Virus record (IMG/VR): IMGVR_UViG_3300037242_000090
Coordinates: 1 to 61,891 of that record
Source: a virus
Lineage: Duplodnaviria; Caudoviricetes
Reading direction: 5' to 3' (one strand)
DNA: 61,891 nucleotides
Positions 18,595 to 27,041 of this stretch are shown here, one piece after another. Under the pieces are notes generated by a model. The model saw only the letters and a program-made list of their open reading frames with translations, was not told the origin of the DNA and did no database searches. The translations under genes and the position numbers were made by a program. Position 1 is the first letter of the stretch, and each line of letters opens with the position of its first letter.

Positions 18595-19078
18595 AGGTGA
18601 GATCGTCGATAGTCAGCCCAACAGCGCGCCCGGAGAAACGGAACGGCTGCGCGCCGCCGTCGACCGGCTGACGCGCGAACGCGATGCGCTCCGAGAGGAA
18701 AACACGGATCTGCAACGGCGCGTTGCCGAGGACACGGCCCCGCTTGCCCGACTGCGCAAGGTTTTAGAGCCGCTCTACCGCGCGCTGCAATCAGTGTTTA
18801 ACGAGTTGGAGTCGGTCGCGCCGGCGCCAGACGTAGCGCAAGCCGTTCCAGTGAGTAATCACGTCGCGGCGGCTTGGGAAGAATGGAAAACCAAATTGGG
18901 AGGTGCTTGCGCCAGCATCATCACGGCGCTGCAAAAGCACGGCAGCGCCAATTACAGCCAATTGATGATCCTGATTGGAGTCAAGCGAAGGCAAACCGTC
19001 TACGACGCGATTCTTAAGCTGAACAAGTCTGGCCTGATCGACAAGAACGGCGACCGCTTTTCTCTGAAAGAACTCTAG
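18575..19078 (+). CDS. coiled-coil protein with C-terminal winged-helix-like region
   Basis: Heptad-rich N-terminus; IITALQKHG...KLNKSGLIDKNG. Confidence 0.6.
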   Translation: MPQRMLEGEIVDSQPNSAPGETERLRAAVDRLTRERDALREENTDLQRRVAEDTAPLARLRKVLEPLYRALQSVFNELESVAPAPDVAQAVPVSNHVAAAWEEWKTKLGGACASIITALQKHGSANYSQLMILIGVKRRQTVYDAILKLNKSGLIDKNGDRFSLKEL

Positions 19079-19092
19079 GGAGTCGTGCTGAA

Positions 19093-19401
19093 ATGATCGG
19101 CGTATTCAAAAATGTCTGGATCGTGATGGCGGATGTCGGAAATTACAGCGACTCAACAGGTTGGGTCGTGGCTGTGTTTTCTAGTAAACGTAGCGCCGAC
19201 AAACACCGGGAGTTGGCGGACGCGGAATCGCGGCGACTTTGCGACAAGTATCGTGGTCGCGTCACCGAATATGATATTCGGAACGACGACAACGAAGATT
19301 ATCCCGTGGTCGCGGCGAGCAAATATGACGACGGCTTTGTAGAGCATGGATCGGGACGCGAGCCGACGTATTCGGTTGAAGAAGCGAAGATGTTTATGTG
19401 A
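19093..19401 (+). CDS. hypothetical protein
   Basis: GGGAG RBS; VWIV...VAVFSSKRSA pattern. Confidence 0.65.
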   Translation: MIGVFKNVWIVMADVGNYSDSTGWVVAVFSSKRSADKHRELADAESRRLCDKYRGRVTEYDIRNDDNEDYPVVAASKYDDGFVEHGSGREPTYSVEEAKMFM

Positions 19402-19576
19402 CCACGGAGGCGCCATGGGACAGAAATTCAGATCGGAATATTTAGTTAAAATCGTCGATGTCGCGCTCGAAGAAACCCACGGCCTCGGCAGACACAACAG
19501 GCTGATCGTGACGGCGAGAAATGGTTGGCAATGACTTACTTGACTCATCATCATCGCGATCCGCTTGCACCCCTTC

Positions 19577-19663
19577 ATGGGCGGGAGCCGCGTCGTGGGC
19601 CGTCGAGTCACTTGGCGTCAATTGTGCGAAATAGACGGGTGCGGATTCATGGGACTTCAATAG
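19577..19663 (+). pseudogene. IS1595 transposase C-terminal remnant
   Basis: SRVVGRRVTWRQLCEIDGCGFMGLQ* versus TPGKRLTYRLLTGQDGAGFMGLE* in the intact transposase. Confidence 0.8.
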
Positions 19664-19672
19664 GAGAATTCG

Positions 19673-19885
19673 ATGAGCAAGACCATCTATAAAAACCTCG
19701 TTGTTGTGCTTTACGATCTTGATGAAAACGGCGAGGCCATCGCCAGTCACTTCTACTGCTCGGACAAATGCCGCTCCACGGTTGGGCATCAATACGAGCA
19801 AGAAGGGGAGACGTTTGATTGCATCGCCGGCACGCAATGCGAAGCCTGCGGAGAGAAAATCGAAGCGGAGTATGTCGGAGAGTGA
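19673..19885 (+). CDS. small Cys-rich cargo protein
   Basis: AGGAG RBS; YCSDKC and CEACG. Confidence 0.7.
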   Translation: MSKTIYKNLVVVLYDLDENGEAIASHFYCSDKCRSTVGHQYEQEGETFDCIAGTQCEACGEKIEAEYVGE

Positions 19886-19930
19886 AAACGGCCGCCCAAT
19901 GGCTGTGGAGTCATGGGATTGGAGTAACCA

Positions 19931-20497
19931 ATGTGGAAGAAAGCCGAAGAAGTTCCCAAAGCTGATGCGGACGCGATTTTGGAGCGATGGGATATGACCG
20001 CGCCCGATATTCGGCGCATGGTCGTCCTCCAATATATTCTCGACATTGAAGCCCTCAAATCGGCGATGGAAGACTGGGACGCCGACGACCTTGCAGAGCT
20101 GCACAGGATGATCCCGGACCTGAACGGCGTTCTGACGCACAATCCGATCAGTCAAGTGGCGTTCCGCGCTGGGCTTTTGGCCTGCCGGGAATATATGGCG
20201 AGATTTGTCGAGCAAGGCGGCGGTGATGTTGAAAAGAGCATTGCACAGTCGATTCGCGCCAATTGGTGGCCGTCCCTGGGCGATGATCCGGGACCGCCTA
20301 GACAGCTTCGTTACGACGAGATTGCCGACGAAAAGCCCAGCGGACGGATTGACCACAAAGAGATGTCGCCGAGCGTAGAAGCCCTGCCGCGAGCGTTTGC
20401 GTTCATTGGAGGCCGCAATGGCAAAGAAGCCGAAGGGATTCAAGGCGTTCGACCGCCTGATGCGCAAGCTGGTCAAGGTTCCACCGTCGGAACTTAA
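19931..20497 (+). CDS. hypothetical cargo protein
   Basis: GGAG RBS; 188-aa ORF inside the cassette. Confidence 0.65.
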   Translation: MWKKAEEVPKADADAILERWDMTAPDIRRMVVLQYILDIEALKSAMEDWDADDLAELHRMIPDLNGVLTHNPISQVAFRAGLLACREYMARFVEQGGGDVEKSIAQSIRANWWPSLGDDPGPPRQLRYDEIADEKPSGRIDHKEMSPSVEALPRAFAFIGGRNGKEAEGIQGVRPPDAQAGQGSTVGT

Positions 20498-20528
20498 ACC
20501 GAAGCGACCGAAGAAAAGGCGAAAATGA
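20418..20528 (+). CDS. small basic IS1595-associated peptide (MAKKPKGFKAFDRLMRKLVKVPPSEL...)
   Basis: GGAGG RBS; homologous to 2039-2152; 40 bp inside the right TIR. Confidence 0.8.
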   Translation: MAKKPKGFKAFDRLMRKLVKVPPSELKPKRPKKRRK

Positions 20529-20732
20529 GAACTTGGGAAACCCATCATGGAATCAGTCAAATGCCGGGTGAGTCAAGTAAGTCAGTCCCAAATGGTTGGG
20601 GGACCACACTAATATTCAAGGTTCCCGCGAACCGCTGCGCGTCCTACACGATTGGCCGCGAGGTCGACGTATCGTTTGGTATACGGGCGAAGTGAAGGCC
20701 AGCGATGAACTGTTTGGGTGAACGGAGGCACC

Positions 20733-20960
20733 ATGTCGGCGATCTGTACGCTACCGGCCAAGCAAGGCAATGGATTCGTCCGCCTGTGCAGTACTCGCGT
20801 ACAGCTTGCCAAACGATTCAAGGTGTCCCCGCAGCGCATTGGGCAATTGGAGCAGCGGGCGCTACTCAAGATTCGCCTAGCTTTGCTGGATGATCCCGAG
20901 GTTGTGGAAGTGTTGCAGGAAATGGGGATGGGGGGCTTGTCTTCCGAAGATTCACCGTAG
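20733..20960 (+). CDS. sigma70 region-4-like HTH protein
   Basis: GGAGG RBS; TRVQLAKRFKVSPQRIGQLEQRALLKIR. Confidence 0.65.
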   Translation: MSAICTLPAKQGNGFVRLCSTRVQLAKRFKVSPQRIGQLEQRALLKIRLALLDDPEVVEVLQEMGMGGLSSEDSP

Positions 20961-20996
20961 AATAAACGCGGGCACGGGCATTATCGGGAGGTACGA

Positions 20997-21596
20997 ATGG
21001 GCGCTTGCTTCGCGGCTTCATCGCCGATGCAATTATCTTGTTCTGACACTATCTCCCCCGCTGACGCGATCCTTGCGGCCCTACCACTTCAAACGATCCA
21101 CGAACAGCAGGAATCCATCAACAGCCACACCGCGCGGGCGCACCTGCCCCTGAAAATCTGGCTGCGGGAGTGGATGCGCGTCGACCTGGAGCTTAAGGCA
21201 TTCGACCGTGAGTTGGCCAAGCGACAGAAGGGGGAACGCAAGCGAGCGGAAGCCGCGCAGCGCCAGCAGAAACGCCAGATCGACGCACTGAAGGTTCCGT
21301 GCTCCTGCCAGCAATGCCGGGGCTTGGCGAAGTGTCCCAGCTATTACACCCAGCGAGTCAGGATCGTTACTGGGGAGGCGGCTGGTGTGGTTACAACCCT
21401 ATTCCAAGAGTGCTACTGGGAGTTTCAGGACATCGAGCCGGGGACGCTGGATCGATTGGCAAGGGAGGTGCGGGAGCATTTTGCGTCGCTCATGCCGGAC
21501 AGGCCCATGCACGGATCGGCGATCATGGCGCGAAGGCGGGAGCGTAAAAAAAGCGAGAAAATAGAAAATCTCATAAGGCCAAGCGATGCAAGGTAG
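20997..21596 (+). CDS. hypothetical protein
   Basis: GGAGG RBS; 199 aa. Confidence 0.6.
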   Translation: MGACFAASSPMQLSCSDTISPADAILAALPLQTIHEQQESINSHTARAHLPLKIWLREWMRVDLELKAFDRELAKRQKGERKRAEAAQRQQKRQIDALKVPCSCQQCRGLAKCPSYYTQRVRIVTGEAAGVVTTLFQECYWEFQDIEPGTLDRLAREVREHFASLMPDRPMHGSAIMARRRERKKSEKIENLIRPSDAR

Positions 21597-21891
21597 TTAC
21601 GGCGATATTCCGACTCAAAACGGCGTTCCGATGTTCACTAGCGCGCCAGTATGTACAGAAGGTCTACCTTTTTTTGTGCCATCTCTATTCGCGCGTCAAA
21701 ACGAGGCCGTGCGGCTGCGCAATGATCAGCATTGCAGCATCGCGCGGATTGGGGAGCTTATGGGGGTGACGGCGCGGGCGGTCTTTTATCTGCTGGCCCG
21801 GGCGCGCAGGCGCGGTTTAGGGGTGTGGACACCGCCGTTGCCGAGCCACGGCCGTCATATCCAGGGCGGCGACAGCCTCGGGAACTTGTAG
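21586..21891 (+). CDS. HTH protein (sigma region-4-like)
   Basis: SIARIGELMGVTARAVFYLLARAR. Start is uncertain. Confidence 0.55.
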   Translation: MQGSYGDIPTQNGVPMFTSAPVCTEGLPFFVPSLFARQNEAVRLRNDQHCSIARIGELMGVTARAVFYLLARARRRGLGVWTPPLPSHGRHIQGGDSLGNL

Positions 21892-22230
21892 ATGCGGAAG
21901 TTGCAAGCGATCGATGGCCTGAATCAGATCATCGGTTCGGGCTGCCGGACCGCTAAAAATCACCTGCCGATCCACCAGTACTTCAAGGCTGCTGTGACCC
22001 CGAAAAGCGAGTATTGCGAAATCTGGGTCAACGGCGAGCGCGTCGGGCCATGTATCGAAGCGGACGCGCGGCAGGGCTGGGCGCTGGTCTATGTCACCGA
22101 TAGGTGCGGCTGGGTGCTGCATGACGAGCTTGGCAATCCGCGGACAAAGACGATCAAGGGTGCGATTGAGATTCGGTTCGCACCGCCGAACATTCTGGCT
22201 GGGTTGGCGTTTGCATTGACGGGGCTTTAG
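21892..22230 (+). CDS. hypothetical protein
   Basis: Abuts neighbouring genes; CIEADARQGW. Confidence 0.5.
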   Translation: MRKLQAIDGLNQIIGSGCRTAKNHLPIHQYFKAAVTPKSEYCEIWVNGERVGPCIEADARQGWALVYVTDRCGWVLHDELGNPRTKTIKGAIEIRFAPPNILAGLAFALTGL

Positions 22231-22551
22231 ATGTCGATCAGCATCGAGAGGTTTGCATCGAGCGGTCAGTTCCCCACATTCGGTCCCCACGCCGAAGGTT
22301 CTCAGCGAGTCGCCATTTTCCAGTTGCAGTGCCACTACTGCGGGTTTGAACCTGAAGATACAGCCACCCGAATATGCCCCAAGTGTCACGGCCAGTCCTG
22401 GGAACGGTTCACCCGACCCCACAGCATTTTCGATAACGCCGCGCGTGAGCAACTTCGACTACGACCTTCCGACGCGCCGCAGCGCGATGCAACTGTTGGC
22501 GCTGCTCCCACCACCGCCACGCGCGATCGGGATCATGGAACTGGCGGGTGA
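22231..22551 (+). CDS. Zn-ribbon protein
   Basis: CHYCG...CPKCHG. Confidence 0.5.
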   Translation: MSISIERFASSGQFPTFGPHAEGSQRVAIFQLQCHYCGFEPEDTATRICPKCHGQSWERFTRPHSIFDNAAREQLRLRPSDAPQRDATVGAAPTTATRDRDHGTGG

Positions 22552-22736
22552 TTTGCAAATTGATCGGCGCGGGATTCTGGGCCTGATAACTACGCTTCAG
22601 CACCGGGGATTCGGAATCGAGCGGGATCTGGATACGCAAACAGCATGGGCGACCAAGGCGGGTTGGGAGCGGATAGAGCATGAAGCGGGGCGGTGGATCG
22701 ATGAAAATGAATAGGGTGGCCGGGTGGCCGAATTAA

Positions 22737-22925
22737 ATGCTCCCGCAATCTGCTGAGTCTCTGTCCAACGAAATTGAGTTTACCCGCCGCAAGATCGACA
22801 TGGTTAAGGCCGCGCATGACGTACAGGGTATGGATCGCGACCTGCGCCCACTGAACCATCGGTTGGCGGAACTGATTGATGAGCAAGAGCAACGTGCCGA
22901 AGCAAAAGCAAAATCGGCAGATTGA
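22737..22925 (+). CDS. hypothetical protein
   Basis: 62-aa helical ORF. Confidence 0.45.
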   Translation: MLPQSAESLSNEIEFTRRKIDMVKAAHDVQGMDRDLRPLNHRLAELIDEQEQRAEAKAKSAD

Positions 22926-23046
22926 CATTGATGCGCTTTGCAGGCGAGCCGCAGAGCGGCGTGATGCTGAAATCGCCGCCGCGCCACGCCAACTTTACGA
23001 GCCGGAAAAACCTGAGCCGAAACTATCAATCGCGTAGGGAAGCAAA

Positions 23047-23799
23047 ATGAATCTGAATAGGCTGACAGGACAATCCGGCTCGCGCATTCTCTCGCACGGC
23101 AGCAACGGCCATGGCACGCTTACCCGCGCCAAACGCCATCGGCAGGCCATGGACATCCTAAGGCTGGCGGCGGTGCTGGCCGGCCTGGGGGTGATGTGGG
23201 CGCTGTTCGGGTGCGGCCCGGTGATTTCCCCACAGGCCACGGCGCAGATTAGCGCGGACTACAGCCAAGCCAAGGTGGATGGACAGAGGGCCACGGATGC
23301 CGCCGCATTGAAGTCGCAGCAAGCCAAGGCGGATGCCGACGCCGCGATTGCCAAGGCCAAGGCGGACGCCACGCTGCTTGCGGCGAAGGCAGAGTTTAGC
23401 CCCATGGCCCATCCGATCGCCGCGTCCAATTATGTAATTCAAAAGATCAGGCCGTATCTGATCGGGCTCGCCATTGCGTTCGCGCTGGCGTTTGCCGCTG
23501 GCATCATCCTCAAGGGATGGTTCCCGTCTCTTGGCGGCTCGCTGATGGAGGATGGGCTTAAGGGGTTTTTGGCGTTTGCGGGGGCCGCGATACTCTCGGC
23601 GTTGTTTGCACCAATCATATTCATAGCGACCGGGGCGTTCGTTGCTTGGTTCATCGCCCTAGTGATTATCGACAAGGGCAATGTCAAGGAAGCGGCGACG
23701 ACCATTGCAACGGATGTCGGCCTGGAAACGCCCGCGACGACGGTAACGACGGTAACAAAAACGACGGTGGCCGCTGCGCCCGCGCCGCCGATTACCTGA
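23047..23799 (+). CDS. membrane protein, possible lipoprotein
   Basis: Hydrophobic segment ending LFGC, Ala/Lys coiled coil, further TM segments. Confidence 0.65.
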   Translation: MNLNRLTGQSGSRILSHGSNGHGTLTRAKRHRQAMDILRLAAVLAGLGVMWALFGCGPVISPQATAQISADYSQAKVDGQRATDAAALKSQQAKADADAAIAKAKADATLLAAKAEFSPMAHPIAASNYVIQKIRPYLIGLAIAFALAFAAGIILKGWFPSLGGSLMEDGLKGFLAFAGAAILSALFAPIIFIATGAFVAWFIALVIIDKGNVKEAATTIATDVGLETPATTVTTVTKTTVAAAPAPPIT

Positions 23800-23831
23800 T
23801 CTGATCCATCCTTCCCTGGGTGGCGTGGCAA

Positions 23832-23910
23832 GCCGAGAGGTCCACGCCTCAAATGGTAGAGCTGCTGTTTTGTAAACAGCGGGTTGTCAGTTCGATTCTG
23901 ACTTGCGGCT
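23832..23910 (+). tRNA. tRNA-Thr(TGT)-like, irregular 5' part
   Basis: Anticodon arm GCTGT-TTTGTAA-ACAGC, T arm GTCAG-TTCGATT-CTGAC, D loop AAATGGTA. Acceptor pairing and acceptor-D spacing are aberrant. Confidence 0.6.
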
Positions 23911-24042
23911 CTTTTTTTTGCAACATGACGAACCGTGAAAAAACTTGCACAACTCATCGTTACGCTTCGCCTAGAACTCGCCAAACTGAAAGAGGGCGGC
24001 GGAGTAGACACATACATATACAAACTTTTGGAAAGGATTATT

Positions 24043-24582
24043 ATGCCAACGCTAGATGATGTTGTCGTAGCGGCAACAAGCCAAATCGTAAGCCAGGCAG
24101 CGCAAATTGTAGCACTAAACGCGCAAGTCGGCAGTCTTACTGCCCAGCTTGCGACGGCTCAAGCCGGCAATGCTCCGCCAGCTCTGGGTCTTGATACAAA
24201 CTCTGTCACCGATGTGAATGGGCTGGGCGCGGTGCTGACGCCGCCTATCGCGCCGGTCAACGGGACTCCGCTTGCTGCGGCGAGTGCTGGGTCCGCGACC
24301 ACGCTGTCCGTCAGCGCCCCGTCCACTGCCGCTGTCGGCACGCCCATCCAAGTCACCGTCACCGCGCAGAACGCGGCTGGTGCCACGGCCACCGGCTACA
24401 CCGGCACGGTTACGCTGGGGAGCACCGATGGCGCCGCAACGCTGCCCCCAGGAGCCGCACTGGTTAATGGCGTGGGCACGTTCACTGTCACGCTCAACAC
24501 GGTTGGGACGCAGACGATTACTGCGGCGGACAATTCCACGCCGTCGCTGGGCGGTTCTAGCGCGCCGATCACCGTTTCGTAA
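24043..24582 (+). CDS. coiled-coil + Ig-like domain protein
   Basis: GAAAGGA RBS; VTVTAQNAAGATATGYTGTVTLGSTD...LNTVGTQTITAAD. Confidence 0.7.
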   Translation: MPTLDDVVVAATSQIVSQAAQIVALNAQVGSLTAQLATAQAGNAPPALGLDTNSVTDVNGLGAVLTPPIAPVNGTPLAAASAGSATTLSVSAPSTAAVGTPIQVTVTAQNAAGATATGYTGTVTLGSTDGAATLPPGAALVNGVGTFTVTLNTVGTQTITAADNSTPSLGGSSAPITVS

Positions 24583-24801
24583 CGCGGCACACTTCCCATG
24601 CCGGCGGTGGTCTTTGCCCGATTCCATCGCCGGCCTTTTGGAACAACAAGGAGCGGTCAATGAAAAATATCCGTAGACGGTTCGGCCTTACGACTGGTGA
24701 GGTTGGCGGCGGTATCGCCATCATCGTTGCCGTGGTGTTGGCTACCCTGTTCATTGTCGAGCTTATTAGGGGGCACCACTAAGGGGTTGCCGGCGTTCTC
24801 T

Positions 24802-24892
24802 GTTGCGGATTGCTCTCAGGGCGGGGTTGGATAGACTCGCTCGAAGCGCAAGCCCTGGGCAACCGTGAGCTTGACGGCGGATGCGCTCAGAA
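24802..24892 (+). repeat. fixed-end repeat, 91-bp copy
   Basis: Identical to 26317-26407. Confidence 0.95.
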
Positions 24893-24959
24893 AAATTCGA
24901 GCTGCTTCGGCTGGGTTGGCGGAAGCTTTCGCATTTTTCCCCAGAAGATTTGCATCCGC

Positions 24960-25046
24960 ATTTAACGCCGTTGATTATTGGAATTGCGGGGCTTTGGATT
25001 GACTCCCGCAATACCCGGCGCGCCGCCGAAAAAGATGAGCGAGATA
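24960..25046 (+). repeat. 87-bp exact duplicate of coding sequence 25373-25459
   Basis: ATTTAACGCCG...GAGCGAGATA is present twice. Confidence 0.95.
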
Positions 25047-25099
25047 TCTCCGATTCCCGCGACAGGATGCACGTTGTGCGCCGCGCGGGAACCGTCTCG

Positions 25100-25129
25100 C
25101 CCGAGCGATTCAGCACCGCTCGGGTTTTT
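25100..25129 (+). terminator. Rho-independent terminator
   Basis: CCCGAGCG/CGCTCGGG stem followed by TTTTT. Confidence 0.6.
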
Positions 25130-25263
25130 GAAACACCCGATGCAATTCACGGCTTGGCTCATCCTGTCTTTGGCCGCTGTCTCTGTACTGGTCGGCGTGG
25201 CCAGCGCCGGCGCGGATAGGCTGCGGTAATGGCGACACCGCCGACGGCCGCCAGTGAGCCAAC

Positions 25264-25812
25264 ATGTTAGCCTTCCCGCCCAGAACATGGCCAGGACTGA
25301 TCGGTACTGCCGGGCTGGGGGTTATCGCCTTTGCGTTGGGTGATGGCTTTAAGGCGGAGTCGCTGCTTCCTTATTTAACGCCGTTGATTATTGGAATTGC
25401 GGGGCTTTGGATTGACTCCCGCAATACCCGGCGCGCCGCCGAAAAAGATGAGCGAGATACCAGGCTTGCGGCGGCTAAGGAGGAGCGCGATACCCGGCGC
25501 TCCGAGGAGCAACGCAAGGCGACGACCGAACTTACTGCCGCCAACAACACGCTGCACCTGACCATCAACAGCAATATGGAGGCTTATAAGCGAGTCGCCG
25601 AGGAAGCTGCAAGGCTGCAAGGATTCGCGGCGGGCTTGGCTTCCGCAGAGGCAAAGGCGGCAGAACGCGCCAAGGGGGCGAAGGAAACGACGGACGCCAC
25701 GGCCGCCGCTATCGTCAGGTCAGCGGTTGCTGCTGCCCCGGCGCCACCTCCGACCGAGTTGCCGGCGCCAGCGTCAGGCGAACAAAACCAAACCAACCAA
25801 GGAGAAAAATGA
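25264..25812 (+). CDS. membrane protein with coiled coil
   Basis: Two N-terminal hydrophobic segments followed by a charged helical tail. Confidence 0.65.
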   Translation: MLAFPPRTWPGLIGTAGLGVIAFALGDGFKAESLLPYLTPLIIGIAGLWIDSRNTRRAAEKDERDTRLAAAKEERDTRRSEEQRKATTELTAANNTLHLTINSNMEAYKRVAEEAARLQGFAAGLASAEAKAAERAKGAKETTDATAAAIVRSAVAAAPAPPPTELPAPASGEQNQTNQGEK

Positions 25813-25994
25813 ATATCCCCAACCCCAGCCCCAACCAGCAAAATCCGGCTCCGCATCAGGGCCACTCCCATAAACATGCCGACGCGGAGAAACAGGCGCA
25901 GGCCGATAAGGCCGCCGCTGAAAAAGCTGCTGCGGAAAAGCAGGCGGCCGGCGACGTTGCCGATGAGCAGGACGACGAACAGCCGGCGAAGTGA
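25809..25994 (+). CDS. small hydrophilic protein
   Basis: GGAG RBS; ATGA coupling. Confidence 0.55.
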   Translation: MNIPNPSPNQQNPAPHQGHSHKHADAEKQAQADKAAAEKAAAEKQAAGDVADEQDDEQPAK

Positions 25995-26221
25995 TGGTCA
26001 AGCGCAAGGTGGTAGTGGAGCGCAGGCAGTCCCCGCCACTCATAGAGCGCTGGGGAGGATGGGGAACGTTGCTGACGCTGGCATCGGTCATCTTCGCCGC
26101 TGGCGGCGGATGGAAGACGCTGGCGGACCATGGGGAGAAGATCAACGCGATACAGCAACAGCTCGACAAGCTGTGGGATACCGTGAAAGTTGCGGATTGC
26201 TCTCAGGGCGGGGTTGGATAG
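25991..26221 (+). CDS. small membrane protein; 3' end supplied by the repeat
   Basis: TM segment plus coiled coil; the repeat begins at 26189 inside the ORF. Confidence 0.55.
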   Translation: MMVKRKVVVERRQSPPLIERWGGWGTLLTLASVIFAAGGGWKTLADHGEKINAIQQQLDKLWDTVKVADCSQGGVG

Positions 26222-26243
26222 ACTCGCTCGAAGCGCAAGCCCT
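26189..26243 (+). repeat. fixed-end repeat, 55-bp copy
   Basis: Identical to the first 55 bp of 24802-24892. Confidence 0.95.
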
Positions 26244-26316
26244 CTTATCGTCATCGTGCTGAATCGTGTTGCTGCTGAGGCACTGAGGGAATCATGAGCG
26301 TAACCGTATTCGACGG

Positions 26317-26407
26317 GTTGCGGATTGCTCTCAGGGCGGGGTTGGATAGACTCGCTCGAAGCGCAAGCCCTGGGCAACCGTGAGCTTGACGGCGGATGCG
26401 CTCAGAA
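26317..26407 (+). repeat. fixed-end repeat, 91-bp copy
   Basis: Identical to 24802-24892. Confidence 0.95.
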
Positions 26408-26854
26408 CGCGCGAGCCGGTGCAGGGCGAACTTGATTGCCCGAGTATGCACGACGGATTTCTGGTGTTGAAACGGATTGGCGGCGCGAAATGAATAACAT
26501 CGATCATGACGACAATGGCACAATCGTGTCGGGCAATCCGTTACTTTCCACCGACGAAGCCAACGCCGCAATGCACGATCCCCGCACGGCCAAGAAAATC
26601 TGTCGCGATGAATGCTGGTGCAACGGATTTATCTGCACCCTTCCGCTGGGGCATGAGGGCGGTCACTTCAACGCGCCGTCGCGGAATAGTTGGGGAAGGA
26701 ATATCGCGCGTCGGGTCAACGGCAACGATCCATCGGCCCGGTGTGCCACACGCGGGCCATTTTTATGCGCGGGTAGGCGCAGAACGACCTTCCGCACTTG
26801 GGGCAAGCCACGGAATCGTCATCGGCATCGGCCAAGCAATAGGGGCAAAGTTTC

Positions 26855-27037
26855 ATGGCCCACATTATATCGTTGTTCCTATGGATCGCCTACGGCGCGT
26901 TCGCCTTCATCGTGGGCGCGATGGCTGGGCGGTGGCATGAGCGGAGCAGCGGCCTAATGACCTGTATCGGGTTGGGCGTTTTCTTTGTCGTTGGATTTTT
27001 TATCGGGATCGTCGTGTCCACGCTGGGGGACCAATAG
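26855..27037 (+). CDS. small two-TM protein
   Basis: Two hydrophobic segments in 60 aa. Confidence 0.55.
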   Translation: MAHIISLFLWIAYGAFAFIVGAMAGRWHERSSGLMTCIGLGVFFVVGFFIGIVVSTLGDQ

Positions 27038-27041
27038 AACC

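Larger units (their letters stand above)
19527..20589 (+). mobile_element. Non-autonomous IS1595-type cargo cassette
   Basis: 21-bp TIRs 19527-19547 and 20569-20589 match 19/21; perfect 8-bp TSD AAATGGTT at 19519-19526 and 20590-20597. Confidence 0.93.
19415..20695 (+). pseudogene. gene split by the cassette (19415-19526 + 20598-20695)
   Basis: Removing the cassette plus one TSD joins ...VTARNGW to GTTLIFKVPANRC...GIRAK* in frame. Confidence 0.8.

Noticed and set aside
19442-20560. 372-aa minus-strand ORF (likewise 28897-30009, 35310-36416, 38662-39711, 48939-49889)
   Set aside because: Antisense shadows of well-supported plus-strand genes in GC-rich DNA.
25141-25163. TIR-like GCTTGGCTCATCC
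   Set aside because: It lacks the GG start and TAC core and lies within a small hydrophobic ORF; probably chance.
24960-25459. DGR template/variable repeat pair
   Set aside because: The copies are identical with no adenine-specific differences, and no reverse transcriptase gene is seen.
24802-26407. CRISPR array interpretation of the 91-bp repeats
   Set aside because: The repeats are too long, spacing is irregular, and no cas genes are present.
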